Below, in pieces: positions 1 to 11,611 of a stretch of DNA of 64,000 bases (its first letter is position 1; the number at the start of each line of letters is the position of its first letter). The position numbers were made by a program, and so were the translations under genes. The notes under the pieces are model-generated. The model made no database searches and was not told the origin of the DNA. It saw only the letters and a program-made list of their open reading frames with translations. Origin of the DNA: Monocercomonoides exilis PA203 (lineage: Eukaryota > Protista > Preaxostyla); the NCBI GenBank assembly GCA_001643675.2, contig LSRY02000009.1, positions 372,001 through 436,000 of the forward strand. The letters are read 5' to 3'.

Positions 1-602
1 TCGAGTGGAATTGCTATTAGTCAAAAAAAACGAAAATTTTTTTAAAAATGTTTCAGAAAAAACAAATTCAAACGTTCTTTCTTTTGTAACGATGGTGATA
101 GCAAATCTATAACATCTCCCTCTCTTATAATGCATCTGTTACCCTTTCCAAGCTGAATCAGACGTTTGAAAAATGAACAACAAATCTCATAATTTCTTAA
201 AAAATACAATTTTCAAACTTTCTTTTTGTTCAAGTATGTTCCATTTGTGCTGATTTCACAACAAAAATACACAGAAATTATCAAATATAATAACCAGAAA
301 TTAATTTGATTAAATATGAAAAAGCCGAACCTCAGATCCTCCAAAAACGCTGTTTGATTGTTCAAAGAATCCAATGTTCTAAAAATTCTACAATGGCGAG
401 AACTAATCCGCTGATCATCTACTGTAATTGTACACTCTTTATGGCGTCCAATGTACAATTCTGGTTGAACTATATCGTAGTTAAGAAGTTTTGGATTGCT
501 CGTTCTAAGTGATCCCCAATGAAGAGGTTTTGTAACCTCAGTTTCGAGGTCATCTTCCATAGATTGTGTTGAGCTATGTTCCGTAGGGTCATATGAATCC
601 AT
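1..602 (-). CDS. FHA-domain protein, 5' part; continues beyond the window (FHA at the N-terminus is typical of Chk2/Rad53-like kinases, but no kinase domain is visible here)
   Basis: The spliced reading IGRHKEC...ISSRHCRIF...LEDL|STNGTYLNKKK|LGKGNRCIIREGDVIDL contains the FHA motifs GR, SxxH and STNGT. GT-AG introns at 330-250 and 218-153, with another near 74-15. Confidence 0.8.
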
Positions 603-734
603 TGTCTTTTATTGCAGGGTTGTTTTCTGTTTAAAACAATATAATGGCTTAGATCTTTATAAAGTTTTGAACACAAATAATTAATAAAACAATATGATTA
701 AAAGTGAAATGGAAAGAAAAGGAAAAAGTTTCTA

Positions 735-1267
735 TTAATTTGTTGCACGTGCTATTCCGTCAAAATAATACTCTGGTTGAGTAGGAGAATAAACAACGAC
801 TGGCTTATGTTTCGACGTGAATGAAAGAGAATGTGAAGTGAAAACTGGATATGACAAAGGTAAGGGAGTAGAAACGCTGTATTTTAAGTCTGGTTGACGC
901 TGTGTGGAACATGAAATGTTAAGCGCTTGCTTTGTTTTCCTTTTTTGTTTCTTAACAATTTGTTGTGGGCGATTCGATGATTTCTTTTTAGATGATGTTT
1001 GCATTCTCACTGGAAGCGTCTTAGGTCTTGTATAGTAATGTTTGAGTTTTTCTTTCAAAATTCTCTCTTCTTCCATAGCTGCTTCCAATTCTTTTGCATA
1101 TGGAATAAATCGTTCAGCGTTATCCTTATATGAATTTATACGGAAAATAAAAAATATGAGATCAAGAAAATATCAATTAGAACATATATACCCAAGCTGT
1201 TGGCCCTTTACTAGGTGGAGAAGTTGTATATTTTGCTGTGTAAAGTATTTGAGCATTTGTAATGGAA
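735..1267 (-). CDS. Hypothetical protein, multi-exon, 5' end uncertain
   Basis: ORF 735-1088 extends upstream (DNAERFIPYAKELEAAMEEE) and joins, via a GT-AG intron, an exon reading SITNAQILYTAKYTTSPPSKGPTAW. No recognisable domain. Confidence 0.5.
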
Positions 1268-1447
1268 CTTAAAAAATATGACATAAATAATAGAAAATTG
1301 AATAAATCTAATTAAAATCTTCACACTTCATTTTATGCTAAGATATATAAAACAACAATTAAAGAGTTAATAACGCAATATAAACTGTTGAAAGAAAAAA
1401 ATAATAAAGGGCAAAGAAAAAATTAAAACTGAACAAAGTTTAGATAT

Positions 1448-2717
1448 TTATGTATTATCACTTAACACATATTTTGTTGGTTCGTCTTTCTTTTTCATAA
1501 TGCTTTCGATGGCTTTATCCTTGTTTCTATCATTTTGAAGATAATATTGTGTTGCAAGTGACAATGATGTATCTGTTTCTTTTTTAATCTCTCTAATTTT
1601 CAATTCATCTTTGATTGTAATTTTTAGGCATTCATTTCGAATTTGAGCAGGTTGTTTCGGAGCTTCTTTTTGCGAAGTGTTATGAATGGTCGAAATGGAA
1701 GTTAAAGTTTGTGGTTGGGATTGTGATTGGGATTGTGATTGAGTTTTATGCTGAGTTTGAGGTTGAGTTTGAGGTGTGGATTCAAAATCTTCCGATTGAT
1801 CGGAAGTTGGTGCAGTAGATGGCTTATCCGATGAAGAAGCCTCGTTGTCTCTTTGTGAATTGTTTGCAACCCATTCTTTCAAACTTTGTTTGGATGCTTT
1901 GAGGTTAAAAAACGCTTGTGCACATTTGATTGTAGAAAGCCCAGTTTTTTCTTTCATCCATCTTATCTTTGCTTCCTCTTCCATCGTAAAAATGGATCTT
2001 GATTGAGGTTCATGAATAATTGGAACTTCTTGCTTCTTTTTTGAAACAGTTTGATTTATAAATTTGCTAATCTCACATTCGGTCTCATCCATTTCAATTC
2101 CATCGATAAGCATTGATAAAAAAGCATTTTGATATTGCGAAATCTCTTTGGCTAATGCTGGAACAGAAGATAAAATGAAATCCAAAATTATTTGAAGAGA
2201 TTCGGGAAACTTTTGAACAACACTTTGTAAATTTTGTAGTTGATGATGATGGCATAACATGTGAAGAAAAGGAGGAAGTTGTGATGCTTTCCAATGATAT
2301 GATGAAGTGACGAGAGTTGTGCTTGATGGAAGAAAGTGGCATTTTGACGCCGTAGCTCCTGAAAACGGATGCTTTGTGAATGATTCTTTTTGTTTGGGGG
2401 CAGTTGCCTGTAAACGCTCAACTAACTTTGGGGATTCTTTTTGAAGCTCAGAAAGAAGAACAAATGAAATTGGTGCAGATAAGTCCTGGAAATTTTTTTT
2501 AAAATAAATTCTGATATAACGCAGCAATTCACACTTCTAATGCGTTTTTCAGTTGAATGTCTTCCCTTATTATTTGATGGTCTGTAACCAAAACGAACAA
2601 TTCTGGAGAATATCCTATGGCCTCAGCCAAAAGAACTTTTATTTCCTTAATGTATGAGTTCGGATCAAGATCAATGCGAATTAAATTATCGCGAGATGTT
2701 TTAAAACGAAAAATCAT
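1448..2717 (-). CDS. Rad23-like ubiquitin receptor (UBL, XPC-binding/STI1, two UBA-like domains)
   Basis: Exon 1 (2717-2535) reads as a ubiquitin-like fold (MIFRFKT...IKEIKVLLAEAIG). Intron 2534-2486. LCHHHQLQNLQSVVQKFPESLQIILDFILSSVPALAKEISQYQNAFLSML matches the Rad23 XPC-binding pattern. Two UBA-like segments: EEAKIRWMKEKTG..CAQAF and DELKIREIKKET..ATQYYLQNDRNKDKAI. Confidence 0.7.
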
Positions 2718-3039
2718 CCTACAAGAGGAGATTTATATTTTTTTATGAGAATTAAACAATAACTTGGGAAAGATCAATCATTTTGAAACAATTATTCGAG
2801 TTTATATTTCACTATTTGAATCAATCTCTCCCAAATTTTTATCGTTCGTTTGTTGCATTTTTCTTAAGCTTTTTGTCTTTAAATAACAAATTAAAACTCT
2901 CAGAATATAGCATGTTTTTAAAAAATTGATAGTCAACACATGTGGAATAAAGGAAAAAAACGGTACCACATCAAATGTTGCATTACTCTCGAAGACATTA
3001 ACAAGAAGTGTGACATGGGGAGAAATAATCAGCATCCAG

Positions 3040-4841
3040 TTATTGCTTAGACAAAAGATAATCAGCGCCCTTTTCGTCGTATTCCTTCTTCGTTAGCCAG
3101 AATGTGGGGTCTTTGTCTCCAACCTCAGCCAGGACAGACCCTCCAGAGAACACAAAGTACTTCCTTCTGGGCGGGTCCTCGATCTGAATCTGGATGGACG
3201 TCGGGTGCGACTTGCTGGCTTCTGCTGCCGGCATCTTCATCACCTTCGTCATGTACAGCATCTCCAGCTCCTTCTGCAGCCTGGTGGGGAAGCCAGGGAA
3301 CATTGTGGTGCCTCCGCTGAGCACAATGGAGCTGTACAGCTGCTTCCGGAGATCGACATCGGCGTCGTTGATGCAGCTGAACACCTGCTTGGCCACACCG
3401 TCTGCCTCAATGTCAAGCAGACGCGGCTGGAACAGACACTCGGGCGCCATAAAACGCTCACGCCCGATTTTAATTATACGACCATCAGGAAGCTATATAT
3501 ATATATACGTGCATAGCAATAAAGAAGTTGTGGAAGAAAGAAAGAATTAATAGAAAAAAAAAAGAAAAAGAAAAAGAAAAAGAAAAAGAAAAAGAAAAAA
3601 GAAAAAAGAAAAGAAGAAGAAGAATAATAATAATAATAAGAAGAAGAAGAAGAAGAAGAAGAAGAAAAAGAGAGAGAGAGAGAGAGAAGGAAGGAAGGAA
3701 GGAATAAAGGAAGGTGGAAATATAGAGTTATATGAGGATTATCATAAAATGTTTGCGGAAAAAAAATGTTCAAAAGCACAATTATCGAAACCAAATATAA
3801 ATAGATAAGGAAAACCTCATATGTTTCGTCGAGCGTTGTTGTTTCAGAAGCCAATTGCTCTTCCAGGCGAAGATCAAGTCCGACGTAGCAATATTTCTCT
3901 TTAATTTGGCCAACTGTTTCAAAATCAGCTGTACGATTGAATGCATAGCTGGTTGGAAAAAAAAGAAGAATAAATATTCAATTGCATCGAAAATAAAAAT
4001 CACTTCAATAAAGCAAAAAGTTGGCAAACCCTCTTAGCCTAAGCAGTTCAATGAGATGCTTGGTGACATCACGTCCTGCAATATCTAATCTCTTTATGCA
4101 ATGATTTAACCCATAAGATTGGAACACTGGAATGATATGGGTAACACCATCTCCAGAGTCCAGCACAACACCAGTCATAAGACCTTGGGCATATAAAGTC
4201 AGCAAAGCTTGAGTTGCAACATGAACCGCTTGAAAGCCATAACGTTCGAACATTGTTTCAAGCATTTTCTTTCTGTTTTCTCGTGGATTCATTGCAGCTT
4301 CAGTTAAAAGAATTTTGTATTCTTTTGGATCAACTTTAAGTCTTTCGTAGAATGTATAATCCCAAAGATGGTACATATCTTCCCAATTTCTTATAATTCC
4401 ATTAACAATCGGATAAGAGATTTGAAGCATTGATCGAAGAGCAGCGCATTCAGATCCGCACATAACATCCTGTTTCAAATAAAAAAGTTAATGACAAAAA
4501 GCATGTAAGGAATTAAATAATTGGTAATAAATTGAATAATCGGGGAAAATATATAATGATTTATCAAATAATAGAAAAAGAAAAAGTTGCAAGCCTTGAG
4601 TTTAATGTTATCAATCATTTCATCAGAACGAATCATTGGACGTCCAACCATAGAATGAAAAATATGGCTTGGAATTTTTTCTCCAACAAAGCCGCATTTC
4701 ACATACTAGAAATTACAAAAGCAATTTGAGTAGATTAACAATCAGTCAATAATCACCATAAATTAAACGAAATTGAATCTCTCAATAATTACATTCACAT
4801 ACGCCTGTTCCCTGATCTACAACTACTATCTTCTTCTCCAT
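3040..4841 (-). CDS. ARP2: Actin-related protein 2 (Arp2/3 complex), 5 exons
   Basis: Exons 4841-4803, 4705-4595, 4469-4030, 3948-3816 and 3492-3040 give [14 protein letters not shown]...MVGRPMIR...[20 protein letters not shown]...[15 protein letters not shown]...IEDPPRRK, which are Arp2-diagnostic motifs. Intron 2 is GC-AG. Confidence 0.95.
3553..3702. repeat. Compound microsatellite in Arp2 intron 4: (GAAAAA)n, (AAT)n, (GAA)n, (GA)n, (GGAA)n
   Basis: Directly visible simple repeats. Confidence 0.9.
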
Positions 4842-5497
4842 CTGATTATTGTGATCAATCGATCTGACCCATTTTAGGATGTGAATTGACAAAAATTTGG
4901 AATACAACTTTCATGATCATCTGACTCAACATGAAAGTGTGCAAATAAAAAAGATAAGTATTTGTTTTAATAGCGCATTTGGTTATTTGTATCATTAAAA
5001 TGTTTATGATAACTGTGGTTGAAAACCATCCAAAAAAAAAAAAAAAAATGAAAATTCTAATAAAAAAAAAAAAAATTTAGTCAGAAAAAAGAAAAGAAGA
5101 AAAAGAAAAAGAACGAATATTGATATATTTGAAATCCAAAGGTTAAAAATTAGATTCATGAAAAATGAGTATATGTGTAATTTATTATTGAAAAACTTCT
5201 TTGATTGTTTTTTTGATACAAACGGGTTATTATTCAATAAATTAAAACTTTAAGTGGTGTGTGAATTATTAAAATGCTTTATTTGTTTGGTCGAGTTATA
5301 TTTTTATTTCAGTCAATCGAATCATAATTGTTTCAAAAGCCGATGTTTGTTTAAAATGCAAAACACGATTATTTCTTTCAAGAATTTTCAATTAATTGTT
5401 TTCATATAATTAACTTCAAACCTTATTTTCGAATAATAATCTTTGTAAAAAAGAATATATTGTTGCAAAAATAATAATTAGCCCATTTGAAAAATAT

Positions 5498-6281
5498 TTT
5501 GCATACACCATTTATTATTCAAAGTTGTTAAACTAATTATTCAAAATTGTTAAACTTTTTATTCGAAATTGGAAAACTTCTTATTCAAAATTAATAAAAT
5601 TCAGTATTTTTTAACAAAAATTTTATTGTGATAAATTGGTTTTTGGCTGAATGTTAGAAAGTGATTAAAATATAATATTTTTTCATTATTAATAAAAAGG
5701 TTGAAAAATTGAACCTCTAAAATTATTATTTGTGAATAAACATGAAAATTTCTGTTTTTTCAGAAAAAAATCATCATTCATGAAATCGGATAATTTTTCA
5801 AATGAATTCATTTCCTATTGTTAGATTGTGAATGATTAAATCGAAAATTTTTAAAACACAAAAATTCAAGTGCTGGGAACAACAAAAAACAAATGAAGAA
5901 TTATTATTGAATTCAAATGGATAATTTCAAATTTGACAAATTTTTGTTTCCAGCACTTGAATTTTTATGTTATAAAAATTTTCGATTTAATCATTCACAA
6001 TCTAACAATAGGAAATGAATTCATTTGAAAAATTATCCGATTTCATGGATGATGATTTTTTTCTGAAAAAACAGAAATTTTCATGTTTATTCACAAATAA
6101 TAATTTTAGAGGTTCAATTTTTCAACCTTTTTATTAATAATGAAAAAATATTATATTTTAATCACTTTCTAACATTCAGCCAAAAACCGATTTTACAAGA
6201 AAAATATTTTCGAAAAAAACTCAATTTAATAAATTTTGAATAAGAAGTTTTATTAATTTGTATCATTAATGGTGTTGCAAA
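5498..6281. mobile_element. Foldback/MITE-like element (~780 bp) with long inverted arms and subterminal ~21-22-bp tandem repeats
   Basis: 5637-5882 is a near-perfect reverse complement of 5943-6188. A diverged inverted repeat continues out to TTTGCATACACCATT (5498) / AATGGTGTTGCAAA (6281). The unit TTATTCAAAATTGTTAAACT occurs about 4x in the left arm and 2x in the right. Confidence 0.8.
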
Positions 6282-6535
6282 CAGGTACCGTTTATTCTAC
6301 ATAAGTTTGTTTTGTGACATGAAAAGTTAAATAAAAATTCAGGACATAAAACAAAATACTTGACAAGATCGTTTTTTCAATAATTTCAAGAGGAATAGTT
6401 CCGATAATTTTCCACAAAATATTTTCAAAATTATCAAAACTCATTTGGTTGTGGGAGTATCTTTTTCACGCAGGCTGAATATTTCAATAAATTATTATTT
6501 TAATTTCAAAGAAATCGGAATTGGAGATTCTTGAA

Positions 6536-6575
<40 letters not shown>

Positions 6576-6630
6576 TTTTTTTTGTGAAAAAATTCAGTTG
6601 ACACGAAAATGAAAGATTCGTTCATCAAAT

Positions 6631-6897
6631 GGGGGAAAATATGAACTTTCAAGCTTTTTATGCACAAAGAACATAAAAATTAATTCTCTCATAACTTTTT
6701 CAATCATTTTCAGATTTCTTAATAAGTTGGCTTTTCTTATCAACAAACAGGTATCGTTTAAATCACAACATGTTGTTTTGTGTTATCACATGTATTTCAA
6801 TAAATGAACCCATTTTTTCCATATTTTTTATCACAAAAAATCAATAAAAAGTGCATTATATTCCAATGTGAAAGCTTGAAGTCAAATGTTTTTCCCA
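6631..6897 (+). mobile_element. MITE family I copy (~267 bp, GGG...CCC ends, probable AAAT TSD)
   Basis: Homologous to 25109-25374, 24667-24933 and 31664-32178 (core ACTTTCAAGCTTTTTATGC). Imperfect TIRs. AAAT flanks both sides if the terminal C has mutated to A. Confidence 0.7.
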
Positions 6898-7455
6898 AAA
6901 TGAGTTGGTATAGATAAGATATGTTTTATATAAATATCAAATTTATTCTTTAACCGCTTATTTAGAAAACGATCCTACACAGTTTTTTTTGCACGTACTG
7001 TTTATTCGAACACAAAAAAATGAACCGCTTTTATTTTTCTTTTTTTGATACAAAAAAAGTCAAGATAGCAATTTTTTCAATAAAAAAGTTTGAAGTTCCA
7101 CATTTCGTCCCAAGCGAAAAAAAAGTGAAGAACAAAATCAGAAACTTTGAACAAATGATTTAAATTTCGAACAAGTTTCATCGTTTTTTTCAAATTATTT
7201 TTTTTCAGATAAATTCAAATAAAGTTTGTTAATAGCGAAAAAACGTTCACTAACAACATAATCTCTATATTAGAAAAAAAATTTGACATGTTTGCTGCGT
7301 CAAAAAATATTTCATAATCAATTGATAAATCAAATATTCAAACATTTCTATAACAAAAAAAAATTTCGCAGAGAATTAATTTGGGAAATACGATATATTT
7401 ATTTGTTTAACGGAAGATTTGTTAAATTTATAAAACAAATAATTTTTATCCAATT

Positions 7456-7633
7456 GGGACAAAATTCATTCATTTATGAAAAATTCAATAATTTGTTTCT
7501 AGCTTTTTCTGTAATCGTTTGATTAATATTCTGACATTATCGTGCAATATTGAATGCAATAAAACAAAAAATCGTTAAAAATCTTTCAAAAAACTGCAGT
7601 GAACAATATTCATAAAACATAAAATATTATCCC
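7456..7633. mobile_element. Degenerate short MITE (family J), GGG...CCC ends
   Basis: The start GGGACAAAATTCATTCATTTATGAA pairs imperfectly with the end TTCATAAAACATAAAATATTATCCC. A similar start occurs at ~43078. Confidence 0.35.
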
Positions 7634-7637
7634 AATA

Positions 7638-8031
7638 CAGATATCGCATAAAATACCGGACATCGCACAAAATACCGGACAAGATCGATTTCACAACAAC
7701 CGAAAGAGGAAAAATTCTGTAAAATTTCCTCGAAATATATCTCATCAATACAAACTCATTTGATATACTAAACCTTCAAAATATCTTCATTTGTGCTCAG
7801 AGAAAATTATATTTAAAATCTCGGAGAAACTCAAAATCCTATTTTTCCAAATTGTTAAAAAAAGTATTCTGAACATAAATGAAGCTATTTTGAAGGTTTA
7901 GTATATCAAATGAATTTGTATTGATGAGATATATTTTGAGGAAAATTGTCAGAAATATTCCTCTTGCAGTTTTTATGAAATCGATCTTGTCCGGTATTTT
8001 GTGCGATGTCCGGTATTTTTTGCGATATCTG
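7638..8031. mobile_element. Tc1/mariner-type MITE (394 bp; TA TSD; CAG...CTG ends; ~160-bp TIRs)
   Basis: TA|CAGATATCGCA...TGCGATATCTG|TA. Each TIR has two tandem 19-bp ATCGCAYAAAATACCGGAC motifs. Arms are 7638-7800 and 7870-8031. Confidence 0.85.
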
Positions 8032-8066
8032 TATGAATAATTTGATCAAAACACTCCTGTCAATAT

Positions 8067-8322
8067 GGGTGATTATTTATGAAATCATATCTTTTTTCGG
8101 TGTGTTGATTTTTCAAAGATTATTTGTTTTTTGAAAGAAAATTTTTATTCAAAAGAGAAAAAGCATGACAATTGTTTTCAAAACAAATAGTTTTTCCGAA
8201 TCAAAAATTAAAATGTATTCAATTAGCCTTTTCACTTTCCGATTTTTTTTTTATTTGTATTCTTGAAATTTTTTGTACCAAAATTTTTGTATGAAAAAAT
8301 TTGATTTCAAAAATAATCACCC
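8067..8322. mobile_element. MITE family G (256 bp; ATAT TSD)
   Basis: ATAT|GGGTGATTATTTATGAAATCA ... TGATTTCAAAAATAATCACCC|ATAT. Confidence 0.75.
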
Positions 8323-8497
8323 ATATAGTTAAAATAATAAATTTTCAGTTTTCTATATTATATCCAGTAAAAAACACTAAAGCACAAATGGAAGTTTGAA
8401 CGCTCATATGGCAATTATGAATGCTAGACTGAATTATCATTTTATTATTTTTAAAATCATGCTACATGAGATAAGAAAAATTTTGTAAAAAGTGCAG

Positions 8498-9979
8498 ATG
8501 CATCCCGAACGCCGCATATTTATGGGGGAACAATGGAATAGCGTTTCAGAAAGTTTCTCCAGTTTGCAAATACTGTTTCTATTGGATTTTTTAACGATGC
8601 ATCTTTTATTTTTATTTTTACAGAATTGTTTTCTGAACTAGAAAATCGCAGCGAGGATGCACAGAAACAAAAAGATATTGAAATGAATGGACTAGTTGAG
8701 GAAATGAAGGAAGATGAATTTGATTCGATTTTTTCAACAATTTTTTTCAACGAAATGGTCAAAATGGTTGAAGAAAAGAAATTATCATTAGATAATGCAA
8801 TTTTGTTGTTGAAACAGACTGGATATTGCAAATCACTGAAAAGATTTTCTCTTTTTTCTTTTGATAATTCATTGCTGCGTGAAAGAATCGAAGAAATAGA
8901 TGTTGAAGAATACGAGAAAAAAGAAGAAAAGAATGAAACGCTTTTGACTGATCTTTCCGATTGCTATCTTTTGTTGAATGATGAATGCACAATGGATGAT
9001 TTGCTTTCAATTTTCGTACCTTGCCTTTTGAAAGTTGTTTTGAAAAAAGAGGAAAACGAAGAAACGCAAAAAGAAGTGGAAACGGCATTTCTGGCGTTGA
9101 GTAACACAATGACTTTGGAGGCATGCAAAACATTTTGCTTTATCTGTTGATTTTTTATATCAATTTTTAAACAGAAAATAGAAAAAGGGCTGTACGCAAA
9201 TGAGATTAAAGAAATTATCAAATGTCATCAGGAACATCGCAATCTTACTCAGCTGGCATATCAGTCTGCATAGTCATTTGCAATCAATAGATTACGCTAC
9301 GAAAGAAAATTGGCCAACGCTGTTGCGGATGAGTTACAATTAGAAAGAGAGATGGAAAACGAAATACTTAACGAGCTGCATTTTGTAAAGGAAGCAAAAG
9401 AAGAATTGAAGAAATTTCTGGGAGGCATGGACTGGAATGGCAAGAAAAGGAAAACAAAAAAGGAGAAAAAGAAAAGGAAGAAGAGTTGATATTGATGAGG
9501 TGGCTGCAAATGTTGGACTGTTATTTTTATGCGTTCCAACAGGAAAATGAAGATCATATTGAGCTTGTTGGAAGCATTGTGCAAGTATTTCGATTGGCAA
9601 AGGATAATTACAAAAATATTTACAACCAATGCATTTTTCTGCTTGTATCAATGGCGAAGAACAATGCAGTGAAGGTAGATGACTTGTTGAAAGGCGGGGT
9701 GGTTGATGCCATTTTGGAGGAAGCCGCCATTTCGAATGTGAATAGGTTGAACTTCGAGAATATGTTGATACTTTTCAGAGAAATTACAAAAAACTGAATG
9801 GAAAGATGGAAAAAGATGAAGATGAAGCAAGACGAAAAGGATTGAAAAGACGATTATTCGAAAGGATGGAAGAAGAAGGATACGAAGACATTAACATCGA
9901 AAAATATGTTATTCTTCATAAAATGAAAAAAAAGCATGGCTACTCAAAGATTCTATCCGATTACCTTGTATCTGTTTAG
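8498..9979 (+). pseudogene. Pseudogene of the lineage-specific helical 'LFSELE...MEEEGYED' gene family
   Basis: Same 3-exon structure as the paralogs at 17494 and 22046 (introns 8562-8623 and 9121-9174). In-frame TAG at 9271 where both paralogs have TGG (YQSAW). Frameshifts near 9480 and 9790. Confidence 0.8.
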
Positions 9980-10151
9980 TTCTCATAAGAGATTCATTTT
10001 TCTGTGTGCTTTATTCAAAACTGAGTTAAAATGCTATTTCTGGATTTCCATTGTTGATATCTACTTCTTCATTTGCTTTACAAATCAAATTCTTCTAGTA
10101 AATCTTCAATTCCACTTCATTTCTTTCAATTCATTTGTTTGAACATATTTA

Positions 10152-11151
10152 GGGTGATTTATAAACCCGAACATTTTCATAAACCCGGTTATTTTTTTTG
10201 TTCGTTGAAACAGAGTAAATACAACATGAAAATACAAAAAACAAACTTTTATATGTTTATTTTACTATTTAATGAAAGTACTAAAATTTTTTTGTTTCAA
10301 TTTTTGTTTTTGATGAAGATCAAAGGAATTTTTAATTTATTTTTGATCATTTGTTTTGTTCGTTTTGAATCAACTTTCATTTTTTGTTTGTTTTTAATTA
10401 CAAGGTCATAAAACATACATAATGAAGTTTTACTGTTCGAAATGTTTTATGTTTTTATCTATTTTTTCTATTGTTTTTCACATTTCATCGTTTTTGACAA
10501 AAAGTGTGAAAAAATGAAATTTTCTGAACTTATATTTGATTTGAAGAATCACTGATTACGATGTCATGTAAATAAGCTAACAATGCATTGATATTCTTCA
10601 TTATTAGTCATTTTAAATTTATTTGTAAACAAAATTAGTATTTTTATCATTTTCAATATTTGATGAGTGTAATGAAAACAACAACATTTCACAAATTTTT
10701 AACCCGGTATATGCTTTATGCAAACCTTTTTCTTTTCATGCACATCATATTTAATATGTAAAAAATATTGTACAACTCTCAATTTTCATTTTTTCATATT
10801 TTTTGTCAAAAACGATGAAATGTGAAAAACAATCGAAAAAATTAGAAAAAACAAAAAATATTTGAAACAATAAAACTTCGTTATGTATATTTAATGACAT
10901 TATACCTAAAAATTGACAGAAAAAGAAAGATAGTCCGAAACGGACAAAACAAATGATCAAAAATAAATTAAAAATTCCTTTGATCTTCATCAAAAACAAA
11001 AATTGAAACAAAAAAATTTTAGTACTTTCATTAAATAGTAAAATAAACATATAAAAGTTTGTTTTTTGTATTTTCATGTTGTATTTACTCTGTTTCAACG
11101 AACAAAAAAAATAACCGGGTTTATGAAAATGTTCGGGTTTATAAATCACCC
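10152..11151 (+). mobile_element. Foldback element family A, copy 1 (1000 bp; TA-flanked; ~370-bp arms)
   Basis: TA|GGGTGATTTATAAACCCG...CGGGTTTATAAATCACCC|TA. Near-identical copies at 13051 and 32307. Confidence 0.9.
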
Positions 11152-11611
11152 TATTAATTTACGGATTTGGATACATTGCCAAATATCCAGCAATCTTCTT
11201 CAAACACAGTGTCGTCAGATTTGAAAATGAAAGAAAAAAAAGAATCAAAAAAAAAAAAGAGAGAGAGAGAGACTATTCCTGAAACAACTGATGATGTTGA
11301 CGAACTTAACGATAGAAAACTGCCAGCTTACCTTCATCATTTCTTCCTTTATTTTCAATATCTTCTTTCTTCTTCTTCTTCTTCTTCTTCTTCTTCTTCT
11401 TCTTCTTCACATTCACACATATCTGAGAAATCATCATCTTCTTCACTGGTTCTTCCTTTCTGCTTTCAAATTTGATGAGATTCCAGATAATTAGAGAATA
11501 CTGAGGAAACCGGGGGAAGTGCACAAAGCTAAGCCAAAGAATAGAGAAGATGATAAAAGAGATGAGATATGAACGAGCGAGCAATGAACAAAGAGGAGAA
11601 CTTATTGCATA
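11152..11611 (+). repeat. Spacer S (460 bp), present three times: here, inverted at 12594-13050, and at 14051-14513
   Basis: The copies match except for one (TCT) unit (460/457/463 bp), which the 102/101/103-aa ORFs mirror. Confidence 0.9.

Noticed and set aside
5511-5600. Short direct repeats (also 7643-7680, 18789-18932, 48240-48300) as a CRISPR-like array
   Set aside because: The units are contiguous with no unique spacers, no cas genes are present and the context is eukaryotic. They are subterminal or coding tandem repeats.
9271-9273. In-frame TAG as evidence for a TAR=Gln genetic code
   Set aside because: It replaces a conserved Trp (TGG) in a copy that also has frameshifts. Intact genes here end in TAA and long ORFs contain no internal TAR.
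10073-11149. Repeated ORFs MIYKPEHFHKPGYFF... (also at 13053, 13650, 32309, 32903) as a gene or transposase
   Set aside because: They start at a GTG inside the TIR, are F/I/K-biased translations of AT-rich arms and have no DDE or DNA-binding motif. They recur only because the arms are repeated.
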